Notes under the pieces: model-generated
Database searches by the model: none
Told to the model about the DNA's origin: nothing
What the model saw: the letters and a program-made list of their open reading frames with translations, nothing else
NCBI RefSeq assembly: GCF_032062105.1
Contig: NW_026930592.1
Span: 248,001-312,000, forward strand
Origin: Saccostrea cucullata
Lineage: Eukaryota
Length of the DNA stretch: 64,000 nt
Direction: 5' to 3'
Shown here: piece after piece, positions 51,612-62,848 of the stretch
Layout of the letters: each line of letters opens with the position of its first letter
Position numbering within the stretch: the first letter of the stretch is position 1
Position numbers and translations under genes: made by a program

Positions 51612-52331
51612 TTTTTATGTGCCCGGATTCGAGGTGTATATTGCTTTTGTCCTGTCTGTTGGCAACTTTAACCTCTGCCTTAACTTTTGAACCATGAGAG
51701 AGACTTCATATTTAATATGCATACTCCACTAATTAACTTCTTTCAAAAGACACCAATGTCAATGACTTGTGTCCTTGACTGTGACCTATATGCTAAAATA
51801 GGTAACTGTATACAGGGAAATTTTCCCCCCGTTTAATTTTTCGACCCTTTCGCCCCAGTCTGGCGTGGGCGAATTTAAAACGGGGCGAATTCAGAGTAAA
51901 CTGTATATCTTAAACATAAATATTTTTGGCGAATTTAAAATGGGCCAAACTTGTTTTCAGTTGTGTAAGGGTGAAAATAATATGGGGCGAAAATAACCCT
52001 GTATACAGTATTTGAACTTTCGCTATAACTTTTGAATCATTAAAGATAGAGACATCATATTTTGGATGCCTTCTCCACTAATTAAGCTCTTTTGAATGAC
52101 ACCAAGGTCAATGACCTTGTGACCTTTACTGTGATTTAAATGCTATAAATACCATTTTGAACTTTAGCAATACATTTTGAACCATTAAAGATAAAGACTT
52201 CATATTTGATATGCATACTCCACTAATTAAGCTCTTTCAAATGACACCAATTTCAATGACCTTGTGACCTTGACTGTGACCTACATGCTAAAAATAACTT
52301 TTTCGAATTTGTTGTCACCGGGCGCAAAGTG
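51612..52331 (+). mobile_element. HINE-type element containing a MITE (51806-52008)
   Basis: 5' ttttatgtgcccgg; 3' ccgggcgca...gtgtttcacaaacaaatcttgtt. The inner MITE has ctgtatacaggg / ccctgtatacag ends. Confidence 0.72.
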
Positions 52332-54741
52332 TTTCACAAACAAATCTTGTTTTGATGTAGTTCAATTTTTGTAGAATTTTATGTTACATATAAAAGCCAA
52401 AAAAAATATTTAAAATCAAATCATTTTTATTTCAGTACTTTGTGACAGTGGGAAGATAGAATTTTAAAAATGGACATGGCTCTATATTACTGCATCAGAG
52501 ATTAATCCAGGTTTACTTATAATTTGAAGAAAAACAGTCAAGCATCATTTGGAGCTACGTATGTCACTGCCTTAACAATATGCCGGCTTATATAACCAAC
52601 CAAGCACAGTGACCAGTTGTACCTATGATGTTGGAAGAGATCCTGAAAAACCTTCCAGTACACTCTGCAAAGAAATAAAAATTCAAATGACTTGTATCAA
52701 CACTTTTGTACTTCTTCTGGCTTGTATTTTCAGTAATCATTAGCCTTTAGCTTCCTTCAAACAAAATTGCATAAGTACTAACTTGCAGGTGTAAAATGTT
52801 TGAAACAGTTTGCTTGACCCAGAGGAAATTCTTTGCCAATCAGCAGTGGCATGAGCAGTTGATTGATGTCACAGTTCCACCGGCAAAGTATTTGTAGCTG
52901 CATGAATGGTGCCATATAAAACACTTTTAACAAGAACCTGGAAACATCCTAGAAGTGAGCATCTACAAGAAATTAAGTGAATGCTTTCTTGAATGTTAAC
53001 AATGTTATAAAATGCTTGTGTACATCCTATATATATACAACAAATTACACATGTAACAACCAAATACACAAAAATTAAACTTCCTTAAATTTGTTCTTGA
53101 TGTTTATTTATAGTGTATTAAAATAAGCATCCAATATTTGTCTTGTTATACTGAAGGATTGTTAAGAAAATGTCGTTCGTTGAAACAAATGTGCAAACAA
53201 GTTACATTCTGCACAGTTAGCAATTTTTGTGGAGAACCTATCAACATATATTTTCAATCGTTGGGATGTAATGTTAGGCAAAGAGTAGGAGAATTATACT
53301 TGTTAACAAATAATTTTTACCGATCAAATTTCAAATTGATAATTTAATAAGAAAGCAATATGACAAATTTAACTAGCATTATGGTCCATTGATTTTAACA
53401 CCATGGTGTGTGAGCTTTTGTGAACTTGATACTGAACTAGTAAGTTTGAAATATTGAAGTAAAGAAAAGAAAATTTTTCCTGTACCTGATTTAAAATGAG
53501 TCCCAGCATCAACTACTTGGAAGTTGCCACACTCTTCATGAGTGTAAGAATTACTGGATATTCCTCAGTAACAGATCTATACTGGTACATGTAAATGAAT
53601 GACACATTCAGTCGAAGCATTGTCCCTTTTTCAGTATCTCCTGGATCCCTGTAAAATATATGATGACAAAAGTAGATAAAATGTTCCATCATTGAATGAT
53701 GAATGTCCTATGGACCCAGTGCGGGCCTGTTGGGAGACACCATTTGATTGTTCTAGCAATGTGTCTGTCTCTTAATTGTATGAGAACTAGTATTTGGGAA
53801 GGGGGTCATAAGGCTTTACATTGTGTTGTTTAACGTCCCACAGTTAATATTGAAAATGAGTATATACATCCCTGTGTATATGAAAGAAGTAATGTTGGAC
53901 GTTTTTATTTCTGGATTATTATTTAACAAATTAAAGAAGAACATTCTATCAGGATTATGTTTAATCGACGTAGTAATCAACCCTGTATTCCCGTGATTGA
54001 TGAATTTGGTTACATGCATTTCCTATTTGTTTTATTGACTTTGCATTCTACATCTCGACCTCAGCTGTCCCGTAAGCTAAATCCAGGCACATAGCAACAG
54101 GGGGAGGGGGGGGGGGAGGGAACGGCGCCTTGTCCCCTTTTTTTCCCAACAATACCTCTACTATTGAGAATGTGCTTTGAATAGTTTGTTGCCACACACC
54201 CTACTTCTTACCACAGTATAGAATAACAGTATAGTGATATCATGGAAATGGGGAAATGTAGTATTTTATGCAATAAAAATTGGAAGTGAAAGGAATATTT
54301 GGTCTTGAAAAAAGTTGGCACTAACCCCCCCCCCCCCCCCCGGAAATAGGATTATCGAGTTTGGTCAACTTTTACTGGTAAGTATAAAAAAAACAAATCT
54401 CTCTGGTTGCCCCCCCTTTCAAAAACGATGCTTTGTGCCTGAAATCAATATATGGGACCAATCTTTGGGGAACGTTTTAGTTTGAAAACACTATTTCAAC
54501 TTACTTTTATGCTTTAAAATGGCTCGTGACCCAGTTGGAATAGCTTGTATGTACTGTATGTACGTCATTTACAAAAACAATAACGCGATTAAACGTTGTT
54601 TACCTGTATCAATCAATCCATTTTCTCCTCTTCCTCTTCTTTTCAATAATCAAAAGCGAACGACTTAACAAACATTACTTCCTGTTTCGCTTTCGTTTTC
54701 AACGGGAGAACTAATTATGTTATTTTAAGGGTGATTTGAAA

Positions 54742-55057
54742 AGAGATATCTCTTTCATTAAAAGAGATATCTCTTTAGCTTAGAAAGATATCTCTTTTTG
54801 AAAATCTATAGAGATATCTCTCTAACTATGAGAGATATCTCTTTTAAACTTGTTAAAGAGATATCTCTCTAACTTTAAGAGATATCTCTCTCGCTGGAAG
54901 AGATATCTCTCTAGCTTATAAAGATATCTCTCTTACAAAAAGAGATATCTCTCTTTCAAAAAGAGATATCTCTTTTGTTTAAAGAGATATCTCTATTAGT
55001 CAAAGAGATATCTCTACAGGCTAAAGAGATATCTCTCTATGCTAGAGAGATATCTCT
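54742..55057. repeat. Right subterminal array, 15 copies of AGAGATATCTCT
   Basis: GATATC cores from 54745 to 55049, spaced 21 bp with two 26-bp steps. Confidence 0.97.
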
Positions 55058-55583
55058 CAAACTGAAAGAAAAATTTATTTTTCGAATAAATAGTAAAAGG
55101 GCTTGCCATATTATTAACTTAGAAATACTCCAAAACAAGTTGCACCGTGACAGAAATATGTAGACAAAATATCACCTCGCTCTGTGATTCAGTCGCGCTA
55201 TGACATCTGACCCCCAAATAACATTCACACCGAATTGAACATAATTATTTTCTCTTCAATGGGTTCATCTAAGATAGACATTTGCAAATGTAAATATTTG
55301 ATATTTTCATCAATAATTGTAAATAGACATAAAATTACTTGCATTAGGTGAAAACTTAGTTTTTTTTTGATAATTTGCATAAGAATTTGAATAAGGGCGA
55401 ATAGTTAAAATAGACATACATACTTGCTAACTTGCATTAATAAAACGAAAGAAGCAAAATGATCTAAATTAAAAATATATAAAAAATCGTTTAGCTATAT
55501 TATCAGTTATATTTTCTTATAATATTAAGTTGTATTTCCACTGACGAAGGTATGTGACTTAATGAATTCTAATCCAACAAGAT

Positions 55584-55862
55584 TGATTGGTTGTGCATTG
55601 TTTAACGTCCCTCTCGAGAATTTTTCACTCATATGGAGACGCCACCATTTGCCGGTGAAAAGCTACAATTTTGTGCTAAACTCGGCACCCAGGGCCAGTG
55701 AGCAGTGAGGGATCTTTTTTGTGCCAGCACCTACTGCGACTCGGTTTATACAGTCTCATCCGAAGGACCGGTCTCCACGTCCCACACTGGGATTCGAACC
55801 CGAGACCTAAGGATCAACTCCTTACTTCGTGACTCTAGATCAAAAGCTCTAACTACGCGGTC
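55584..55862 (-). mobile_element. tRNA-derived SINE
   Basis: Reverse complement of the 43322 SINE, with B box GGTTCGAATCC. Confidence 0.85.
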
Positions 55863-55962
55863 GACTAATCCAACAAGAAAAGAAGCGGTTTAAGTATTCA
55901 CTCTCATTTTTCTAAATAAATTTAAATATATGAATTAATGGCAATCTTTCAATGAAGGATTG

Positions 55963-56185
55963 AGATGGAGATAACTAACAGTATTCAATATCAAAGTCCA
56001 TAAAAGAATACAAAATAGGAGCAGAGCAAACATAGACCTCTAAAACATCAGAGGTGGGATCAGGTGCCATAGAGGAGTGAGCATCCCCTGCTGACCGGTC
56101 ACACGCGCCGTGTGCTCCTTGTCATGATCGGGAAATAACGGAAAAAATCCGTCGTCAATTCAGTGTATAAATAATGGACTAACAA
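55963..56185 (-). mobile_element. Penelope-like 3' terminal fragment
   Basis: gaggtgggatcaggtgcc...gagcatcccctgctgaccggtcacac, as at 14790 and 39350. Confidence 0.75.
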
Positions 56186-57069
56186 ACATCCTGCATTCTG
56201 TCATTTCTTTTTTATTTTATTGTTGATCAGATAAGAAACATATTGAAGATTCTATTTCAGTGCGATTTTCCTATGCTGATAACAATTTGTTGGAATGTTA
56301 GCTAGCATGAATCTTTTTGATATATGTACATAAAAATAATTATTTTATATAGATTTTAATTAATATATTGTTATTGAATTTCAACTATTTATGTTTAATA
56401 ATCAACCACATACCATTTCTAAAGTTTTGTTACATTTTAGGCATGGTGCTCGCATTAGTGGCAAAATAATTAGAAAGATCCTATTGGCTAGTTATTGACC
56501 AATAAATAGGCAACACTGTTTACTTTATCTCTCAAATAAACTGCGCATACAAAACTGATAAATCCATATCTTTTTTTACTGCTTTGTATTATGTCATTAG
56601 ATCTAGATATGACAATCAAGTGCAGTAAAACTAAACCCTGGCAATGTTCTACTTTTTTTGAGACAGGAGATCAATAAATCGTGCAGACCCCCCCCCCCCC
56701 CAACATAATATAAATAAATAAAAAAATAATATTAAGGAAAAAAATAACTTAGGACATCAATGGATTTATAAAAATGTTATGTATTCTAAATAGCTTGACA
56801 GATTTTAAATGTATTGATCCTTTTTCCCGATTTTTTTTATAATAATCGTTTTATCAGACATATGCTTGCTATTTATCTATATATCTGTAGATATTTTGCA
56901 TAATGTATGTAAATGATCGACAAATATATTGTAATAAATTAAATAAATAAATGAAAATGAAAGGAAGAAAATTTAATGCAAAATTAGAAATATATCTACT
57001 GGTATATGAACTGTTTTTACTTGAAAGAAGATAATAAACTTCTTTCTTTCAAGTTTTTAGGGATTATCC

Positions 57070-58684
57070 CTAAGACTGTAATATACTTTGATAACTCGCT
57101 GAATCTGAAAAGGGTGCTCTCAGCAAATCATAATTTCCCTGTCTATTGCAGCATTTAACGATCATTTCACGATATTTTCTCCTTATATTTTTGTCAAGCA
57201 AACAAAACAGAATAAAGTTTCCTAGCGCTTGGGCACTGTCCCCTGCACAATGAAAATAACTGAGAATATTGTCTACGTCCATTGCTTTTCCGGATTTTGT
57301 GTTAGAAATCTCAATGAAGAATCTGATTGTTCCCCAGAATCGAAGTAAATAGAGAATGAGCCACGTGAAGCAGAATCGCTCATCTTCATTTCTTAGAGTC
57401 TCGCCGCCCACATCCCTCCAACAGTAGCTTTTATTTTTTTGTCTCTAAAAATTAAAATAACCTTCTTTATTGCAAACTTAACACATAAAAATAACTTATA
57501 GAAACGTTTTATAAAGCTGGAACATCTCACCTCTATGTACGTGTTAATTTTCAACATCATGTATATAGAGAACGATAGGACGTATGTAAGAAGTTCCCAG
57601 AATTTCCCGGTCATTAACATCAGCACTATTTCCTGTGTGTGGATTTCAGCGTCGTCTATCTTTATCCAGCACCACAAACCTGTCCCAGCTTTTTTTCCAT
57701 TGTGATCTCGACCAAGCTTGTCTTCAGCCAGGACAGGAATACAAATAATGGCTGAAATCAACAAAATCAAAGCAGAAGACTCGCATTTACATGTTATAAC
57801 AGTGATTGGTTAATAGTAATATAGATATTTACATTTTTGAATTAACATCATTGTCTGAAAATTTGATAAATGATTCTATAATCCTGCTCTTATCCTACAG
57901 GTAAGTTGCAATGAAGGACGTTGCAATTTGATTTTCAAATTTGTAATCTTTTAAAATCAAATAATATTTGTTTAAAATCATTTACAAATTATACAATTTG
58001 TCTCCCAAGCATACGTTCTGTTTGTAACCATGCAGTAAGTACTTCATGTATTCATACGCCCAATAGAGTTAGGTTATGAGATCTTGTCCATTTTGTGACA
58101 GGAAACCTTATATTTTCCAAAACTTTTTAACTCAATAAATTTCTAATGATTTTTAAATGTTGGAGTCATCAAATTTTGCGTTTGAAAACCGAAGAAGAGA
58201 AACGATAGACAGGTTCGAAAAGTAATACATATTCCGCGCATGTATTATATGATATACTAGTAGTTGAAAATAGCATACCTGGGATGGCCCAACCTGAAAA
58301 ATGATACATGATCTTTAGAAATCTTTTCCTTCGAAAATCTCTCTGTGTCCGTATTAAAAGGTACAGATGAACTGCAATAATAGATGTCCACGCAAAAGAA
58401 CTAAGGCTTGAAAAGGTCGTGATAAAACTTTGAACTTCGCATAGTGTGTCTGTCTTATTTCTGTGCTGAGAATCTAAAAGAAGGAAATGAACAGTGCCAA
58501 TAATATAACCCGATGCTGTAAAAATATCAGCAATAGTAAGAAAAACAAGGAGTTTTCGGACAGAGGTTTGGAATTCTGGTATCTTGAAGTAAGTTAACAA
58601 AAGTGCAAATCCTCCAGTAATCGAAAGAGAAGCACTGATCAGCGTAATGGCCGCCAAAGTTGCATCCTTGGTAGAGAGATCCAT
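57070..58684 (-). CDS. GPR157: GPR157-like 7TM receptor, copy C
   Basis: Exons 58684-58279, 57751-57531 and 57444-57070 join in frame; motifs RKLLVFLTIAD, GLWCWI and MTGKFWELLTY. Confidence 0.88.
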
Positions 58685-59125
58685 AACTTCACTTTCTGTG
58701 TATGTTGTACATTGAAATAATGGTTGCAATTTGTTATGGTCAAGTGATAGATAAAACATTGATAAATAGAGGAAGTATTTATATGAATGTTTGTAATCTA
58801 TTGTGATCTAAATTTTGATATTACTGACTGATGACATATACAAACACGTTAGCTAACTGTATAATTAGAATTTGTACAATTACATGTTATGCATGGTTAC
58901 TTACATTTATCAATTTATTAACATTGTATCATTTGATCATTTTAAGATCCAACGATTCAATGAGATATAAGGAACTGTAATCATGCTCAAAATTTATTGA
59001 AACATAGAAATAAGGAACAGAGAAAACAGACCTCTAAAAACATCAGAGGTAGAATTATGTAATTTCCAAGGAGATGTTAGCATTAAAAATATCGTAATAA
59101 AATAACAATTAAAGACAATTATGTA

Positions 59126-60739
59126 TTAAGTTGAAGCAATGGATTGATGAGGCACAGAGAGAGTTGGATTTTCTTCATGTTCCTCTTGTTGTTCAAACCT
59201 ACGAAAACACACCGACATGTACTTTCCCCGAATTTCTTTATCCAGAAGACAAAATAGAATAAAATTTCCCAAAGCATGCGAGCTATCACCAACACACTGT
59301 AGGTATAACAGGAAATCATAATCATGACTGAGCAGACGACTACTTTGATTGGATATTACAAAAAAGAACCGTATTGTTCCCCAGAACCTCAGCAAGTACA
59401 ATGGCAGCCAAATGTAACAGAATCGTTCGTCCCCCCGTCTAAGTGAAGCTGGATTCACCACCATTCTACTCCAACGATACGTCTGATTGGTTTCTCGCTG
59501 AAATAGAAATAAAATTTATTTTATCATTCACATTTTTAAAAGAATGTAGGTTGTTTTACTTATTTTTATATTTTTCGTAAAATGATCGTTGGTCGTGATA
59601 AATAAATTATAAATTACTTTGTTTAATGTTTCATGTAATAATTATTAAACTGAATTCTATTTATTTTTTGTTAAGGACAGCTAGCTTTTGAAAAGAGATG
59701 AAGTCACTTAAATATATTACTAAAAGCAACAATAATTGATCAAAGTCCACGAGTAAAAAATCATTTTTCTTGAATTTTGTATTTTTATTAACATTTTACA
59801 GAGGATTGGAAAATTTATTTTTATTTAACTTAGAAATCAATGAATACTTACTTCAATGTAAGCAGTAATTTTCAAATGCATGAATACTGCTAATGACAAT
59901 ATGTAAGTCAGAATCTCCCATAACTTTCCGGCGAGTAGCATGATCCCTCGATCTGTCGCCTGAATATCAGTTCTATTCAGTTTAATCCAGCACCAGGATC
60001 CTGTAGTTATATTATAGCTTTCTCCTAGACGATCATTCACCAACAAGATCACAGTTACCAGACCTACACACAGAAGTTAAAATAAAAAAAGATATTCTGT
60101 AGGCTTAATATACACATTTCAAATTTCATTTTTTCATATATATTTAAAAAAAAACGAGAATGCGCCATATATAATTGCTTTTTTGCCAGTAAAATCATCA
60201 AGGCTTCCTTTTCATTAAATCTGTAAATGCAGTATGTCAGAACTTTATCAAGCAAATATGTCTCCATTTTGTTAGCACTTCGTGAGTCAATTTTAGTAAA
60301 AACTTGTAGCTTACTAAATAGACTTACCTGGGATAAACCAGCCTATGATGTGATACAAAACCTTTAAGCAGGTATTTCTTTCCCAGTCTTTTGTTGTTCT
60401 GACCAGTAAAAATAGATGCACCGTAATGATAGAGGTCCAAGCAAACGAAGACATGTTGGAAAACGTCGTCACAAAACTCTGAGCGGTACAAAGGGTGGTG
60501 TTCCAAGTGTGTTCACTTATGTTATCTGATCTTATATTTGAAATCATGTAATTGAAAGTCCCACAGATGTATCCCAAGTCTGTTATGATATCAGCAATTG
60601 TGAGAAAACATAAAAGGTTTCTGAGCATGTAATGTAAATTATCCATTTTATACTGTGTTATTAACAGTCCTACCCCTCCTAGCAGGGATGCCAAACAGCT
60701 AACCAAAGTTATCACAGCAACTTTTTCCCAGTATTCCAT
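59126..60739 (-). CDS. GPR157: GPR157-like 7TM receptor, copy D
   Basis: Exons 60739-60328, 60063-59852 and 59497-59126 join in frame; motifs GSWCWI and LLAGKLWEILTY. Confidence 0.88.
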
Positions 60740-61084
60740 CTCGCAAGGTTTGAATAAGAAAACAGCAGAGGTTGTAAAAATTGCTGAGTAAAATTGATTT
60801 ATTAGCCACAGTAACTTTTATCAGTATGATAAAGAAAAGACAGCTTTATCCCAAGGTAAGTTTTTTGTGCGCAGTATCTACTTTAATTTATTGATATTAC
60901 TGACTGTGGATCAAAGGTATATGTATTTACCTCTAGAGTTTTGGTGATAAAAAACAATTCAAACCATATTCTATCACTAGTCGTCAGAAATTCTTTTAAT
61001 AACATTTTAATTTTGAGGACATTAAACGACATTTTTTTTTTTTAAATTCCATCTATTATATTTAGAAAAAGCAATAACCATGGC

Positions 61085-61930
61085 AAATGCAGAGAGAATC
61101 CGTATCTTTTTCTCTTTCGTTCACATACTCTCAGATAGTTTGTGGATCCCAAAACTTCCCCGCCAGCTTGCAAAATGTTAGCAAATGAAAGGTATGGCAC
61201 GCCAAATTCACAAAATGAGCTAAACATAGTTTCATAGTCGATAAACTAGGTTTATCGGTTGTAAACTATAGTTTACGGACTGTAAACTATAGTTAACAAC
61301 GTTAATCTATATTTTACATCTGTAAACCATAGTTAATGCTATAATCTATGTTTCAGAACCGTAAACTATTCTTAACACTTAAAACAATCATTTGCGATTG
61401 CAAAACAGATTATCTGATAAATACAGTTTCACGATTTGTAAACCATGGTTTACAACTCTCAACTATAGTTAACGATCTGATAAATATAGTTTCACGATTT
61501 GTGAAACTATGATTAACAACTCTTAACTGTAGTTTACGATTGTAAATTATAGTTTACAAACATGAATCTATGTTTATGAACAAAATCTATTTTATTACAG
61601 ACAGATAAACTTAGATTAGCATTCGTTAACTATAGTTAACAACCGTTAAATATAGTTTTACAGATTAAAACTATAGTAAACGAATTGTTAACAATAGTTC
61701 ACGGTTTGTAAACTATAGTTTACAGTCGATAAAGCTAGTTTATCAACTGTGAAACTATATTTAGCTCATTTTTGTGAATTTGACGTGCCATAGAAAGGTA
61801 TATCCACAGAATACGAACGAATAGAAGCGTTTGATGAAAGTATGTGACAAAATGAGGGCCATTCCTCCGAGAACAGAAGCAGTTCCACTGACCAATGTAA
61901 CTACCAATATAAAAATATCTTACCTCCTAT
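61085..61930 (-). pseudogene. GPR157-like pseudogene (exon 1 of a copy-B paralogue)
   Basis: 61793-61930 and 61085-61192 align to 37670-37895. Start codon lost, MITE insertion, exons 2-3 absent. Confidence 0.85.
61193..61792. mobile_element. 600-bp IS3EU-like MITE
   Basis: TATGGCACGCCAAATTCACAAAA... / ...TTTTGTGAATTTGACGTGCCATA. The 6-bp TSD GAAAGG is confirmed by the uninterrupted paralogue at ~37759. AACTATAGTT-type motifs recur every ~20-21 bp. Confidence 0.92.
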
Positions 61931-62848
61931 TTTATGATTGAATTTAAAGTGCTGAAATGAAATTCCCCTCGAGAAGGGTCAAATAGCAACGAAATTGTAT
62001 GACAAACGAGATAACTTCAGTTTTTCTTTACTTGTTTAGGAATATATCCCATTATTATATTGTCTATAAATAGCCCCTACATAACCAATTCAAACGCACG
62101 CGAACAGTTCATAGTAGTCACAGGAGGGTCAGTGTGCATGCGGCGCATTGTGACGTCACAATCATAACCTCAAACAACGTTATCAACAATGGTTGCAAGG
62201 GTGCAGCCAGCTATATATCTGAGTCTGAGCAGGAAAAATGTTAGACAAATCTATCAAAGGATTATTTGGACGTCGTCTTACACATAGCGAAACTCGGAAA
62301 GGAAAACACGGCAATCTGATTAAAATCAGATTGGAAAACATGGGGGTTACAAACTGTAATATGGAAAAAAAAAATTATTTTCATTGACAAAAGTTCGTAA
62401 ATTAAGATGGTGTCGTCATGCAGCTTTCAGTCTTATGTAAGCCTCTATTCAAATCCGGACCATATCTAATGAAACAATTATGGACCAAATTAGTGTTGAA
62501 TATGATTTGTTATTCACCAGAAAAATATCAATATTGACCTCTGATGAATAACAAACCATATTCTACCCCAAAACAGTCCATACTTGTATAATATCACTTG
62601 CATTTAGGGTTTATGTCTCCCAACTTATTTGATACCGAAAAGCATGATATAAGTGCGACCATTTTTTTTTTTAAACCGAGACGGGGTACTCACATATAAG
62701 TTGATGTTGCAGGGATTTCAGCAACCTCGTTTAGAATCAGTATTTATATAAATAAATAAATATAATATAATGCATAATCAATTATTGTTTATAAATTATA
62801 TATACTTGGAAGGAGATATAAACTTCTCTTTCTTTTTCCTGATTATAC

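Larger units (their letters stand above)
41279..55110. mobile_element. 13.8-kb non-autonomous IS3EU-like DNA transposon
   Basis: TIR TATGGCAAGCCCTTTTACTATTTATTCG / CGAATAAATAGTAAAAGGGCTTGCCATA. 6-bp TSD TTATTA at 41273-41278 and 55111-55116. TAY...RTA ends with a 6-bp TSD is the IS3EU signature as I recall it. No transposase ORF. Confidence 0.88.

Noticed and set aside
52800-52840. FETVCL-like peptide hinting at a P2X7-tail/Harbinger accessory domain
   Set aside because: Too short, surrounded by stops and frameshifts, with no other family motifs.
38620-56185. SINE + Penelope-like pair on both sides of the large element, read as a long flanking duplication
   Set aside because: The sequences between and around the pairs do not align and the SINE copies differ in structure, so independent insertions are simpler.
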